DNA from: Mobula hypostoma
Taxonomy: Eukaryota
NCBI RefSeq assembly: GCF_963921235.1
Contig: NC_086118.1
Location: 24,802,001 to 24,866,000, forward strand
Direction of reading: 5' to 3'
Length of the DNA stretch: 64,000 bases
Below the pieces are notes generated by a model. The model did no database searches. It saw only the letters and a list, made by a program, of their open reading frames with translations, and had not been told where the DNA came from. Position 1 is the stretch's first letter; each line of letters starts with the position of its first letter. Below, piece by piece: positions 50,097 through 61,017 of this stretch. Made by a program: the position numbers and the translations under genes.

Positions 50097-50614
50097 TACC
50101 TCTTCCTAGAGATGCTGCCTGGCCTGCTGTGTTCAGCAGCAACTTTGATGTGTGTTGCATAAATGGGTACTTGATGATCAGCATGGACATGGTAGCTCAA
50201 AGTTTCTGTACAATATTCTGCACACCTTGACTAAGTTCAGCTTTTGCACAATAACTGACACAATCAGAATTTCTCCTCAATCATTTATAACTGCACTTGT
50301 CAGCTTCGCAGGGACATTTTTGCAATTGTACTGCATGTTCAGAACGAAAAAATATATATCCATCCTCACCTATGTATTTATAAAGGTAAAGTCAGCATTA
50401 GCCACAAATGATAAGTCTTGCCTGTGGTGTTGTGCAGGGCAGAAGGCAAACCCAAAAAAATCCCACGCAGCAAATAGGTTACAGGTACAACTGCACAGGA
50501 TAAAGTTATGTTCTCCCCTTTATAAGAAGTCTGCTTAAGCAGGCGAGTTCACAAACTCTCTGGCACACCCACATTTTATGAATAAAGAAGAGGTCCATTT
50601 GAATTTGTGATTTT

Positions 50615-51185
50615 TGATTCCCCTTGCTGAGATGACTAGAACAAAAAGGTCACTGTCTCAAAGTAAGAGATTGACTATTCCGGACAGAGAAGAAGATAAA
50701 TTTCTTCACCCAGATGACAGCAAATCTTCAAAATTCTTTACCCAAAGGGCTGGCGGGTCATTTAGGACAGAGTTGAGGAGGAACTTCTTCTCCCAGTGAG
50801 TTGTGGAGGTGTGGAACACGCTGCCTCAGAAGGCAGTGGAGGCCAATTCTCTGGATGTTTTCAAGAAGGAGCTAGATAGGTATCTTATGGATAGGGGAAT
50901 CAAGGGTTATGGGGACAAGGGAGGAACCGGGTATTGATAGTAGATGATCAGCCATGATCTCAGAATGGCGGTGCAGGCTCGAAGGGCTGAATGGTCTACT
51001 TCTGCACCTATTGTCTATTGTCTAAACACCAGAGTTATTTAGGACAAAGATAGATTCTTAGATATTAAGGAAATCAAAGGATATGGGTTAGAGATGAAAG
51101 TGGCACTGAGATAAAAAACTTCAGCCATGATGAACTGACTGACAGAGCAGACATAAGCGTATAAATTGTCTATTCTACTTCATCT
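50615..51185 (+). mobile_element. Two nested CR1 3' ends (younger one about 50752-51024)
   Basis: Younger: tttaggacagagttgaggaggaacttcttctcccag...tctgcacctattgtctattgtcta (same family as 45160); older degraded copy on both sides. Confidence 0.75.
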
Positions 51186-51489
51186 TGTGTATGCTACTAA
51201 TATTCTTACTTTCAGTGAATAAATTTAATATGTTGTATTTAAATGTTTGAATCAGGCTGGACATGCCACAAATGATTTATTTACCAGCTCCAAAACTCAA
51301 TAATAAGGAACACTGTTTTATGTATGGCCCAAGAGGAAAACTCTTATTTTAGCTTTGATTTAGAACTCAGACTTAGGAATACACGTGAATAAGAAATAAG
51401 TGATTCCTGTGTTCCCTTATGGAATTCTGGTACATAATTTTGCTGGGCATGAGTATGTGTAGAGAAAATCTGGATTTTGATCTAAACCC

Positions 51490-52445
51490 AGAATCAGGTT
51501 TAATATCATCGGTATACGTTGTGAAATTTGTTGTTTTGTGGCAGCAATATAGTGCAATATATAATTCTTAAAAATGTGAATTACAGTATATATAAAATAG
51601 TTCAATTAAGTAAGAGGTGCAAAATAAGTGGTGAGGTAGTGTTCATGTGTTCACTGTCCTTCCAGAAATCTGATGGAAGCAATGAGAACAAGGCATATCC
51701 TGGGTGATGGGGGTCCTTAATGAAGGATGCTGCCTTTCTGAGGCATCTTCCCCTGAAGCTGTCCTGGATGCTACAGAGGCTAGTGACCCTGGTGGAGCTG
51801 ACTGAGTTCAAAGCTTTCTGCAGCTTATTTCGATCTTGTGCGGTGCCCCCCCCCCATATCAAATGGTGATGCAGCCAGTTGGAATGATCTCCGCAGTACA
51901 CTTGTAGAAATTTACAAGAGTCTTTGGTGACATACCAAGTCTCCTTAACCTCCAGATGAAGTATAGCTGCAAATTTATAGATGGCATTTGAGCTGTGCCT
52001 AGCCACACAGTCATGGCTGTAGAGAGATTCGAGCAGTGGGCAAAGCACGCATCCTTGAGGTGTGCTAGTGTTGATTATCAATGAGGCGGAAATGTTATTT
52101 CCAATCCACACTGATGGTGATCTTCCAGTGAGGAAACTGAGGAACACACACAAAATGCTGGAGGAACTCAGTAGGCCGGACAGCATCTATGCAAAAGAGT
52201 ACCGTCGACGTTTCAGGCTGAGACCCTTCATCAGGTCAGAAGAAATTGAGGATCCAGTTACAAAGGAAAGTACAAATGCCCAGGTTTTCGATCAGAACTG
52301 TAGGAATGATTATGTTAAATGCTGAGCTGTAGTCAATAAACAGCAGCGTGACATAGGTATTAATACTGTCCAGGTGATCCAAGGCCGCGTAAAGTGCCAA
52401 TGAGATCACATCCACTGTATGTATACCTATTGTGGTGATAGCCAA
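51490..52445 (-). mobile_element. Rex/Babar-like LINE RT and 3' end
   Basis: [47 protein letters not shown]; tail agaatcaggtttaatatc. Confidence 0.85.
52144..52238 (-). mobile_element. Mini PLE-derived insertion with intact hammerhead core
   Basis: Minus: gac CTGATGA agggtctcagcct GAAACGTC gacgg; helix I 5' strand lost at the junction; 14-bp TSD gaggaaactgagga (52130-52143) / gaagaaattgagga (52239-52252). Confidence 0.78.
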
Positions 52446-52675
52446 ACACATTATAAAGACAATATTATTTAAAGCAAATTATGCAGAACAATCCTGTATA
52501 AATAAGCACTATAAAGGCAATCTAAGCAATGAACTTCTCCTTAAAAATGGTGCATTTCCCCACTCAAAAGTTAATAGTGCAAAGGTTATTTTTGTTTCAT
52601 CCTGCATACAGATTTCCCAGACCTAGTAGAGCAAACCCAGTTGTGTCTGGATGTGAATGATAACTCAGTGCTTAC

Positions 52676-52870
52676 CAAGAATGTATTTTGCAAGGTGAAC
52701 AGGAAGGCAGCGGAGGAAGTCCTTATAATTGCTGACCCCTGATGTTGCCTGAAAAGAAGAGGTTATAACCAATGGAATCGAGGATTCAGTTTCAGTGAAT
52801 ACATCCTGTGGTTCATTCAGTGAATGCATCTTCTTTATTGCCGATCTCTTCTTTGCCAGTTGGATATGAT
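52676..52870 (-). CDS. FBXW10: FBXW10 exon B, N-terminal half of F-box
   Basis: Acceptor ttgttgcatccttag, donor G|gtaagc; 195 nt, phase 1-1; ends ATSGVSNYKDFLRCLPVHLAKYIL, resembling the FBXW10 F-box start as I recall it (DFIRYLPIHLSKYIL). Not in ORF track. Confidence 0.9.
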
Positions 52871-53726
52871 CTAAGGATGCAACAACAAAAAAAAGCCAGC
52901 TCCTAATGACAGTAGGATTTCATCCCCTAAATGACTATAGAATACAAGTTATTCTAAAATCATCACAGGTTTATTAGAGGCTTTCATATATTTAGAAAAT
53001 ATTGGCAACAGTTGAATGTAAGTAAATGCCCAGAGTAAACAATGACTATCTTTCATTCCAATTTAGCACCGGAGGAAAGAAGCCATTCATTTTGTATTTG
53101 TACAATCTTTAAGTTAGTCGCTTATTAATAAATCTACTGCATCAGACATTGTCCAGAGATCATACAAAGCATGATACTTAAAAATAGTGTATTTAATTTA
53201 TAATATAAAAGCTTGTAAACAAGGGAATAACAGCCAGAAACATTAATGTCCCTTTGAATGATTTTACAATCATATAAATATTATAATTATTTAATTTAAT
53301 ATTTTTGATGCAGTGATTTCAATTGACAAGCTAGTTTAGCTGCAAAAAATGTGTTCAAGATCTTAGTTTGCCTGCAAACACAGTATTAGAAATCCTGAAC
53401 CAGCTGCAAAGCTACTCAGCAATATCTGGGAACAGATGGTATGATTGTAACACCATACTCTTCACAAAGTCTTCTCAGAAATAGGACTGTGCTCCCAAAA
53501 TTAAGCTTGAAAGTCAGGAAGGTCTCCTCAGAAATTGAATTGTGATAGAAATGGAGAATGTGTATTTCGATTGAAATCTATTATTCGCCCACACCCATTC
53601 AGCCCAACACTGACTGCAGATGAAACCCATGCTGCAAATCTATTAACATGACTTCAGTGACAACTAGTACAAACTCTGCTCTTATGGGCCTTAACATAGA
53701 TCTCAAGAGTCCATATTCTGATTGGA

Positions 53727-55995
53727 TAGTAGTAGTACTTGATCACTCGAGTCGAATATGATCTTCTCCTGAAGGGTTGTCATGGTCCCTCAGGTGGCTG
53801 TAGCGGCCTATCCAGGATCCACATATTCTGGTGCAGTGTGGACAGGAGTAGGTGGTAGCTGTGGCTAGTGGTTGGGTCTTTTGGTTATTCATTCTCTCCT
53901 TTCACATCTGCCACTTGTTTTCTGTGGCACAGTGGAGGTCTCTCACGTAGAGCAACTTCCTCTTGAACAGATTTCCTCCAGGTGTACCTACTGAGTGCAA
54001 TGTCTTCCCAGCTTTTAGATATAATGTTGAATTTCTTCAGGCTGATTTTATTTTTTTTTATTTATTGAGATACATCATCCAATAGCCCCTTCTGGCCTTT
54101 TAAGCCACCTTGCCCAGCAATCGCCTGATTTAATCCTAGCCTAATCTCCGAAATATTTACAATGATCAATTAACCTACCAATTGGTATGCCTTTGGATGG
54201 TGAAAGGAAACTGAAGCACCTGGAGGAGGCCCCCATAGTCACAGGGAGAACGTACAGACTCCTTACAGGCAGTGGTGGGAATTGAACCTGGGTCATCTTT
54301 ACTGTAAGGCATTGTGCTAACAACTACACTACCATGGACCAGAGGATATGTGACGCAGAAGTGCTGGTCCACCTTCCTTAAGGATCTCAGCTGGGATCAC
54401 TTGAGGGCCGGTGGCCGTGTTGCTTTTCAGGTTCCTGATGACATCATGGACCTCTTTCATACTGAGAGGTTTCCCCATGTCTTCCCTCATAGGTCTCTGG
54501 AGGATTTCATTAGTAATCTCTTGTTCAGCAGTGCTTTCACAGTTAAGCAGCTCGTGGAAGTGTTCTCTCTATTGATTGTTGATATCCTTTCAATATTTTA
54601 GCAAATTCTACCTGTCCTTTGAGCACAAAGGGTTTAATCTGCAGTAACTTGGACCATAGGCTGCTTTGGTAGCCTCTTGTGTCACCAGAATCTGCCAATC
54701 TCTGGAATTTCAGGGCTTTTCAGTCCACTAAGAATTATTTAGCTCCTTCACCCTGCACTGGGCATTTTCCTTGGCTCTAAAGTAAGATTCTCTTTTGGTC
54801 TTGCTGCCAATGTCATTCTGCCAGGCACAAAAGGCTTTCCTTTTCTTGAAGGTAAGTTGTTTTCATCTCCATGTCATTATCATCAAACCAATCCTGATGT
54901 CTTCTAGACTTATACCCAAGGATGTTTTTGTAGGCATTGAGGATGGGGGATTTATGCATACCCCAGTGTTCTTCAATATCCTCCAGATATTCCCATTGGA
55001 GGTTTTCCCCAAACGAGACCCAAAGATGCTGAAGGGTAGGAGTGTCAAATGGGCTCCAGTTTTGGTATCGGCCTGGTCTGTTTCATATGAACCCTCCTCT
55101 TTTTCCTAAATCTGAGATGGATATGGTGGAGCAGATCAGGCCACGATTTGTCCAGCAGTTACCTGACCCCAATCAAGGCTCTCGTGATATTCACATTACA
55201 TCAGTCCCTAACTTGCTCAGTGACATAGTAAATGAGATGCCACTGTTTAGATCAAGGGTGCTGCCAAGATGCCTTGAATTTGTTTTTCTAGTGGAGGAGA
55301 ATGTTCATGATGATAAAATTGTGCTCCACAAATATGGTGAAAGTAGCACTCCATTTGAATTGATGTTGGGTTTCCTTTGGTACCCTTCCAAAGGTTGAAA
55401 TCTTGACTGACTCCAGCATTGAAATCCCCCAAGAGAATTCTCTTATGCTCTTTGGGGATGCTCAACAGTGTTGTATCTCGGCAAGTGTAGAGGGCCTCTT
55501 TTTCATACTCATGCAAGTCCAGAGTTGGTACATAAGCACTCATGACGGTTGCCATCTGGTTGTTGGCAAGCACCAAATGGATGGTCATGAGACATTCACT
55601 GATCCCCGTGGGAAGTTCAGAACATTGACTGACAAACTGGTTCTTTATTGCAAACCCAACACCATGGACCCTGGGCTCGTCAGCTGCCTCTCCCTTCCAG
55701 AAGAAGGAATAATCACATTCTTTCTGTGGTCCTCTGACTACCAGGTAGGATTCAGAAGGAGCAGCAAGGTCGATATGGCATCTCCTCAGTTCTCTGGCGA
55801 TGATCACAGCTTTTCTTTCTGGCCAATCACTGGTTGCACTACCTTTCAGAGTGAGCACATTCCAGGCTCCAAAGTTCATGTTTCTCTGTTTCTAACCATA
55901 AACAGCGATCCCACTGAACATGGTAATCTGGTCAGAAGGTTTCAAGGCAGGCTATTTTTAGGGTACCTTTTCCAGCCCCTTCCCCAAGTGGGGTA
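53727..55995 (-). mobile_element. RTE (BovB-like) LINE, internally deleted and decayed
   Basis: ORF 55247-55879: MNFGAWNVLTL...ARELRRCHIDLAA.SE...HGVGFAI...SAYVPT...LLGDFNA (RTE endonuclease); (TAC)n tail at 53727. Confidence 0.85.
54046..54335 (-). mobile_element. tRNA-derived SINE (V-SINE-like) nested in the RTE
   Basis: Minus: ggtagtgtagtggttagcac (A box), ggttcaattccc (B box), A-rich tail. Confidence 0.8.
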
Positions 55996-56501
55996 AGCAG
56001 AGTGGATCCTACACAGGGCTGTCAGTTGGTGCAGTTGAAGCGAACAAACCCAAAATGAAGGCATCCCTGCACCACTCAAAGGGAGCTGCACTCTGTGGCT
56101 CAACTGATGAAGGAAGTTAGTCCACAGCCCTTAGAAGTCATCACTGATCACAGGCAAGAGAAGGCTTGTCACTTTTCCGAGATAATTCTGGAGGCTGAGT
56201 TGGAGGGAAAGAGAGGGGCCCTCTTTCCTCAGGGAGCCAGGAAGATCTCCAGAATGATAATTTTGGCAAAGCAGAAAATAAGGTTCAATGCTAGCTTGTC
56301 AGATGCAGCAGGCACATCAAGCAGGCATGCTGCAAGATTTACTGGAATTATTTTAAATGTTATTAATGCTATATTATTCTCAATTAAATGAAGAAAAGAT
56401 ATAACGAGGGATTTCAGAACAGCAAGGGTGTCGATAATGGTGTCGATAATGGTGTAAAAATTGAGAGTCCTTTTAAAATATCATCCGTTAAACTTTCTTA
56501 C

Positions 56502-56669
56502 CAACAGCTTCTGTGGGTTGATTGAGGAAGCTACGAGGCATTATATCAGAAGTGACAACAGTAAACTGAGGCCAAATATCAACCAGTTCCTGCAGTTCGG
56601 GGTGTTCGTCTGTTTTAAAGCTGTATCTTGATTCATTCAGTGAGACGGTATCTCCATGCTTAACCCATT
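56502..56669 (-). CDS. FBXW10: FBXW10/CDRT1-like coding exon A (most 5' exon found; pre-F-box region)
   Basis: Acceptor atttttttcag, donor G|gtaag; 168 nt, phase 1-1, open: WVKHGDTVSLNESRYSFKTDEHPELQELVDIWPQFTVVTSDIMPRSFLNQPTEAV. Joins in frame to exon B (G+AT=Asp). Not in ORF track. Confidence 0.7.
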
Positions 56670-57724
56670 CTGAAAAAAATCAATCTGATTTAATGGTCAT
56701 TAATAATGATGATCGTAAAAGCTTTTTTGCTTGTATTTACAGTAAATTTTATAAATATCTTCTGAACAGATATTGTGATTAGGAATTGGTTTCAATTTTG
56801 CTTTTTTCACGAAGGTGTTTGAAATTGTTACATAAGGCTGATTGCTCTGTAATAACATTTTGGTATAATTTCATAAGAAATAGCAAGATTATTGCCCAAG
56901 GTAAGTATTTTGTTTCCATTATAATCACTATGGCCATTTGTGAACTTTGAGGTGGTTTTTCGCTCGTCTGTGCTCCTCCATACTTCCTAAAGCTCCAATT
57001 ACAAAATATTTCAGAATTCTCCTGATCTTATCCCAGAAAGGTAAGGATAGTAACATGCGAGTTTGTGGATCTAAACCTTAGGACCACAATCTTGACTTTG
57101 ACTTCTCCACATGTTGGAGGGAGTAGGGGTGATGGCTGCTTTTGCAGTTTAGCTCCACTGTCTGCTTTCACTTCCCACGATTGGGAAACAGAATAATTGA
57201 CAGATGTCACGAAGGAAGTATACTGGAGGGGACTGGTGACGTAGCAGGGAGTTAGAGCAGATGTGTCAATAATCATGGAAAGTGGGAGTCAGCCATCCTG
57301 AATTTGGAAGAGGAGTAGGGGGAAAATTGGTTGTTCATATATGAAAAGAGCAGCATCAATGATCCAGTATTATGTTTTGATACCTCCTCCCACCTTGTAA
57401 TACTTAAATGCCCTCCTGGGATAAGATGTTTTGCCAACACCTTCTAACCCTATCACACCTCTATTTAAAACGAAAATAAAAGGATCCATTTCAACTGAGA
57501 TTTTAAATGAATGCTACTAATCTTTCTCCTGCCAAGTATACTTTTCTTTTCCAAATAAAAAGAAAATGTGGTGATCAAAATTTGTTCTACAGGGAAAAAA
57601 GAAATAATATATTTTGTTTCAATTCATTGACATAGCTTATTTTATGAAGCCCCTAAAACTATTAGGCTTAGAGGCATCATTATTAAAACGTGGGTTATTT
57701 TTACTTCAAAGATCTTGTAGTCAA

Positions 57725-58010
57725 TCACAGTAGCGAGTGGCTAATGAGTTGCTATTATAGGTTGGGGCATTGGAGTTCCAAGTTCAATCCCAGTATCCCC
57801 TGTTAGGAATTTGTACCTCCTCCCAATGGAATGCGTGAGTGTCCTGCGGGTGATCTGATTTCCTCCCACAGTCCAAAGACTTATCAGTTAGTAGGTTAAA
57901 TGATCATTGTAAATTGTCCCACGATTAGGTTAGCATGAAATCGGTGTCGCTGGCAGCTTGGCTTGAAGGGCCGGAACGGCTTATTCCGCACTGTTGTATT
58001 TCTAAGTAAA
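57725..58010 (+). mobile_element. tRNA-derived SINE, same family as 54046
   Basis: cagtagcgagtggcta...agttcaatccc...tttcctcccacagtccaaagac...gatcattgtaaattgtcc...gaagggccggaa. Confidence 0.8.
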
Positions 58011-59568
58011 TATGTACATAATAGCTGGCTATGATACACAAGATTTAAAGCTAGAAAGCTGGATACAGCAGCAATGTGAAAGGCCAGATGCACACTGTGT
58101 TTCTTCCAGTTCATTTTTGGCATCTGTGTTGCAAAGCAGAGAGCAGAAGTTAGGAATGAACTAACCCAGAAAAAGCAGTTCCCAGGTCCGATTCTCTGGA
58201 GAATGAGTAGCTGAACATCAGTGAAATCCAGCCCAAAGATTCTGCCTGCAAAATTCAGCAGAATGGGTCTCAAGGGTTGTGAATGATACACAACTTCGTC
58301 AGTGTGAACGAGACACAACTTCATCATTGTGAATAGGTTGCAGATTCTGATATTACAAAGAAAGGATATCAAATGGAAATTTTAAAATGCAAGGTTCAAA
58401 CCAAAGTTATGAGCAGGATCTTTCATTATTATGTTTAAATCTGCCATAAAACCTCCATGTCAATGTAATTCAAACCGATAAATAATCCACAACAAAACGG
58501 GTCTACTCAGAAAAAATGGATAAAAAACAAGACGATTTAATATTTATCTACTGCAGGAGCAAACAGAGGAAATAATGAAGTACGTAAATGCCAGAATTAG
58601 ATCATTTTAGATGCTGTCTGGCCAAGTGTGTATTTCTACTACTTTCTGTTTAGATTTTCAACTACTACCATAATTAATTTTCTGGACACTTGCTGCCTTA
58701 AATTCACCGGATAATTACCTATAAACAAGGTGCTCTCAGCCTTTTCAGACTTGCTTGCCAGTAAATATCTAATTTATTACAGCATTTTGCAAGTTTTATG
58801 GTTTTTATAAAAATTATGTTAATAAGAAATTTCATAGACTGAATATTTCTTCCGATTGATTCCCAATGTATGAAAATGTCATTCAGATGTTTTTTGTTAA
58901 CTCTGTCTTTTGGAAACTTCTCTGTAACTAACAGCACACTCATTACATTTCCCTATGTTTCAGCTATTAAACAGATCTGCATTTCTATTGCACAAAGTCA
59001 CACAAATGAACAAAACATGTGGAAATTAAAGGGACAAATGTGATGACCTCATGCTCACAAGGTCCAGGCAAACTAAGTTTGAAATCTGTGTCTTAGCAAA
59101 TCGTATCTCCTTTCGCTGAAATCATTAGGATAATGTTTAAGGCCATCTTATAATTCAAATCTCAGGTGAGACCTGGTGTGGAGTATCAGTAATACAAGTT
59201 ATTTTAACTCAAGGAAGCGTGTCTCAATCTTCTTCCGTATTATTAATAAAAAGAATTATTTCCAAATTCTATCAGTTGATAAAAACATCTGTTTGAATGC
59301 ATATTTTGGCTACTACTTAAATTATCATGAAATTATACACCTATATGTAAATTTAGATATGTGATTGGTGCAGTTTTAACACTATCAAAATAATATTTAA
59401 AAATTCGCCTGAACAGGTGGATACAAAACCAACTAGCAAGCAGAAAACAAAAATTAAAACCATGATTCAGGAACGCCATGAAGTTATTGGTCAAAAATAG
59501 CTAAACAGTAACTGTCATTAATAAAAAGTAAAAGTAAAATATTGCACTATTTTTCAACAGTCATAATA

Positions 59569-59907
59569 CAAGGGGTGATTGATAAGTTTGTGGCCTAAGG
59601 TAGAAGGAGATGAGTCATACAGCTCTCGTTACATGCACATGCAGTCTCCGAGTGATTCTGCAGAAAGTTTGAAGTTAATAACTCATCTCCTTCTACCTTA
59701 GGCCACAAAGTTATCAATTACCCCAGCTGTGGACCACTTTCTGGAGCCCCAGGACGCCGACTTCTACAAAGAAGGGATCCGTATGCTCCACGATCGCTGG
59801 ACTAAGCGTGCACATGTAGGAGGGGACTATATTGAAAAATAAATGTGCTACGTTTTCTAAAATTGACACCTTCTACCTTAGGCCACGACCTTATTAATTG
59901 CCCCTCG
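59569..59907 (+). mobile_element. Non-autonomous mariner derivative with three TIR copies
   Basis: TA flanks at 59567-59568 and 59908-59909; TIRs caaggggtgattgataagtttgtggcctaaggtagaagg / ccttctaccttaggccacgaccttattaattgcccctcg; mariner C-terminus AVDHFLEPQDADFYKEGIRMLHDRWTKRAHVGGDYIEK* at 59726-59842. Confidence 0.88.
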
Positions 59908-61017
59908 TATATAGAGGCTAAAATGTTAATACATTTAGTTTGATAAAAAAACAGAAAGGATTAAGTATTTCACAGCAATATGAACAAATATTCATTTCCA
60001 CACCACAGCTCATCAACCATGTGTTTCTGGTAATGACTCTGATGAAACTTCATTTAAAATATCAAGAATCTTTTTACAAAACAATATTAAATCCATCTGT
60101 GTCTCTTTAAGTCTAACTAGAATGAAATAAACAAAATGTCTCCATTGTGTCTTCAAAATGAAATAAATATCAGGCCAATCACAATTTGATTATTTATTGT
60201 ATTTGAGATTGTTCCAAATTACCAGTCACTTCAGATTGAAGCTGGTAAGTAAAATGTATGTTAAAATAACGTTACATTTCTACTAACCAGTGACATTTAG
60301 AGTACAACATTAATCTTGCTTGGTAATGAACTTTTAAATTGTCCTTTATTTGTCTGAGAGGCTCATGTAAACCAAAATCAGAACACACTATCTTCAAACT
60401 TGCTTAGTGTTGTTCCACAATTTTCTTATCCAGCTTGACCCATCACAAGACCTATCCTACATGACACTGAGCTCTTGATACAGATAAGAAAACAACATTT
60501 GGACAGACCCTGCCGTGAGATAAACCTATTAAAGCATTGAAAGTGGCTGTGTCAGAATTATATCATATTCGATGGGACGTAGATATTATTATGTGAACAA
60601 CGCGACAGTCAGAGTTGAATGATTACTTCACCAACTGAGTTTTGGCAAAAACAGTAAATGTTTTTACACACTTCACATACACTGTCTGCAAAAATATCTC
60701 ACAGGATTCTCTATATTACTCATAAGAATAGTTTCTCCCATACAAGGGATATTTATAGATAATACTTGTAAAATAATATTTTACATTTCTATTTACATTA
60801 CACTGTATAGCAGTGTATCAATACATCTTTCTATTTTAACGTTTGACTACAATAGGATTACTGCTTTCCATCTGTGATATATAGATTTATTTATATGCTG
60901 CAACTCTTTACATAAACAGCCCCTCACCAGAAGTGCACAATTCAAACAAAGTCATCAAGTTTAATGAAATGAACTTGCATTCTACTGTACAAAGCAAGGT
61001 ACAAAAAGAAAAGACAC

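Larger units (their letters stand above)
48858..50158 (-). mobile_element. Penelope-like element: 3' part with GIY-YIG (minus, 48858-49870) plus inverted terminal repeat (plus, 49871-50158)
   Basis: Cys-rich linker PCKRNKCYTC then FTCELAGVIYCVCCS*CGLLYISETRRRLGDHFAEH (GIY-YIG); perfect 14-bp TSD ataaatgggtactt at 48844-48857 and 50159-50172. Confidence 0.92.
48640..50200 (+). mobile_element. CR1 3' end split by the PLE insertion at 48858-50158
   Basis: aaggacataatttt...ttcacccagaggatggtt...tggaatacactg, resuming after the TSD as gatgatcagcatggacatggt. Confidence 0.6.

Noticed and set aside
57077..57297. Apparent exon with good acceptor (ctcttccaaattcag) and donor-like AAG|gtttag
   Set aside because: Stops in all three frames within the first 35 nt.
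58268..58335. Minus-strand CTGACGA followed by GTTGTG/CACAAC hairpin, hammerhead-like
   Set aside because: No GAAA box after the stem and no helix I; it is part of a 25-bp tandem duplication.
57896..58372. 158-aa minus ORF with acceptor and donor-like sites, candidate FBXW10 upstream exon
   Set aside because: No resemblance to the FBXW10 N-terminus as I recall it; the donor phase (0) does not fit exon A (phase 1); the ORF runs into a SINE.
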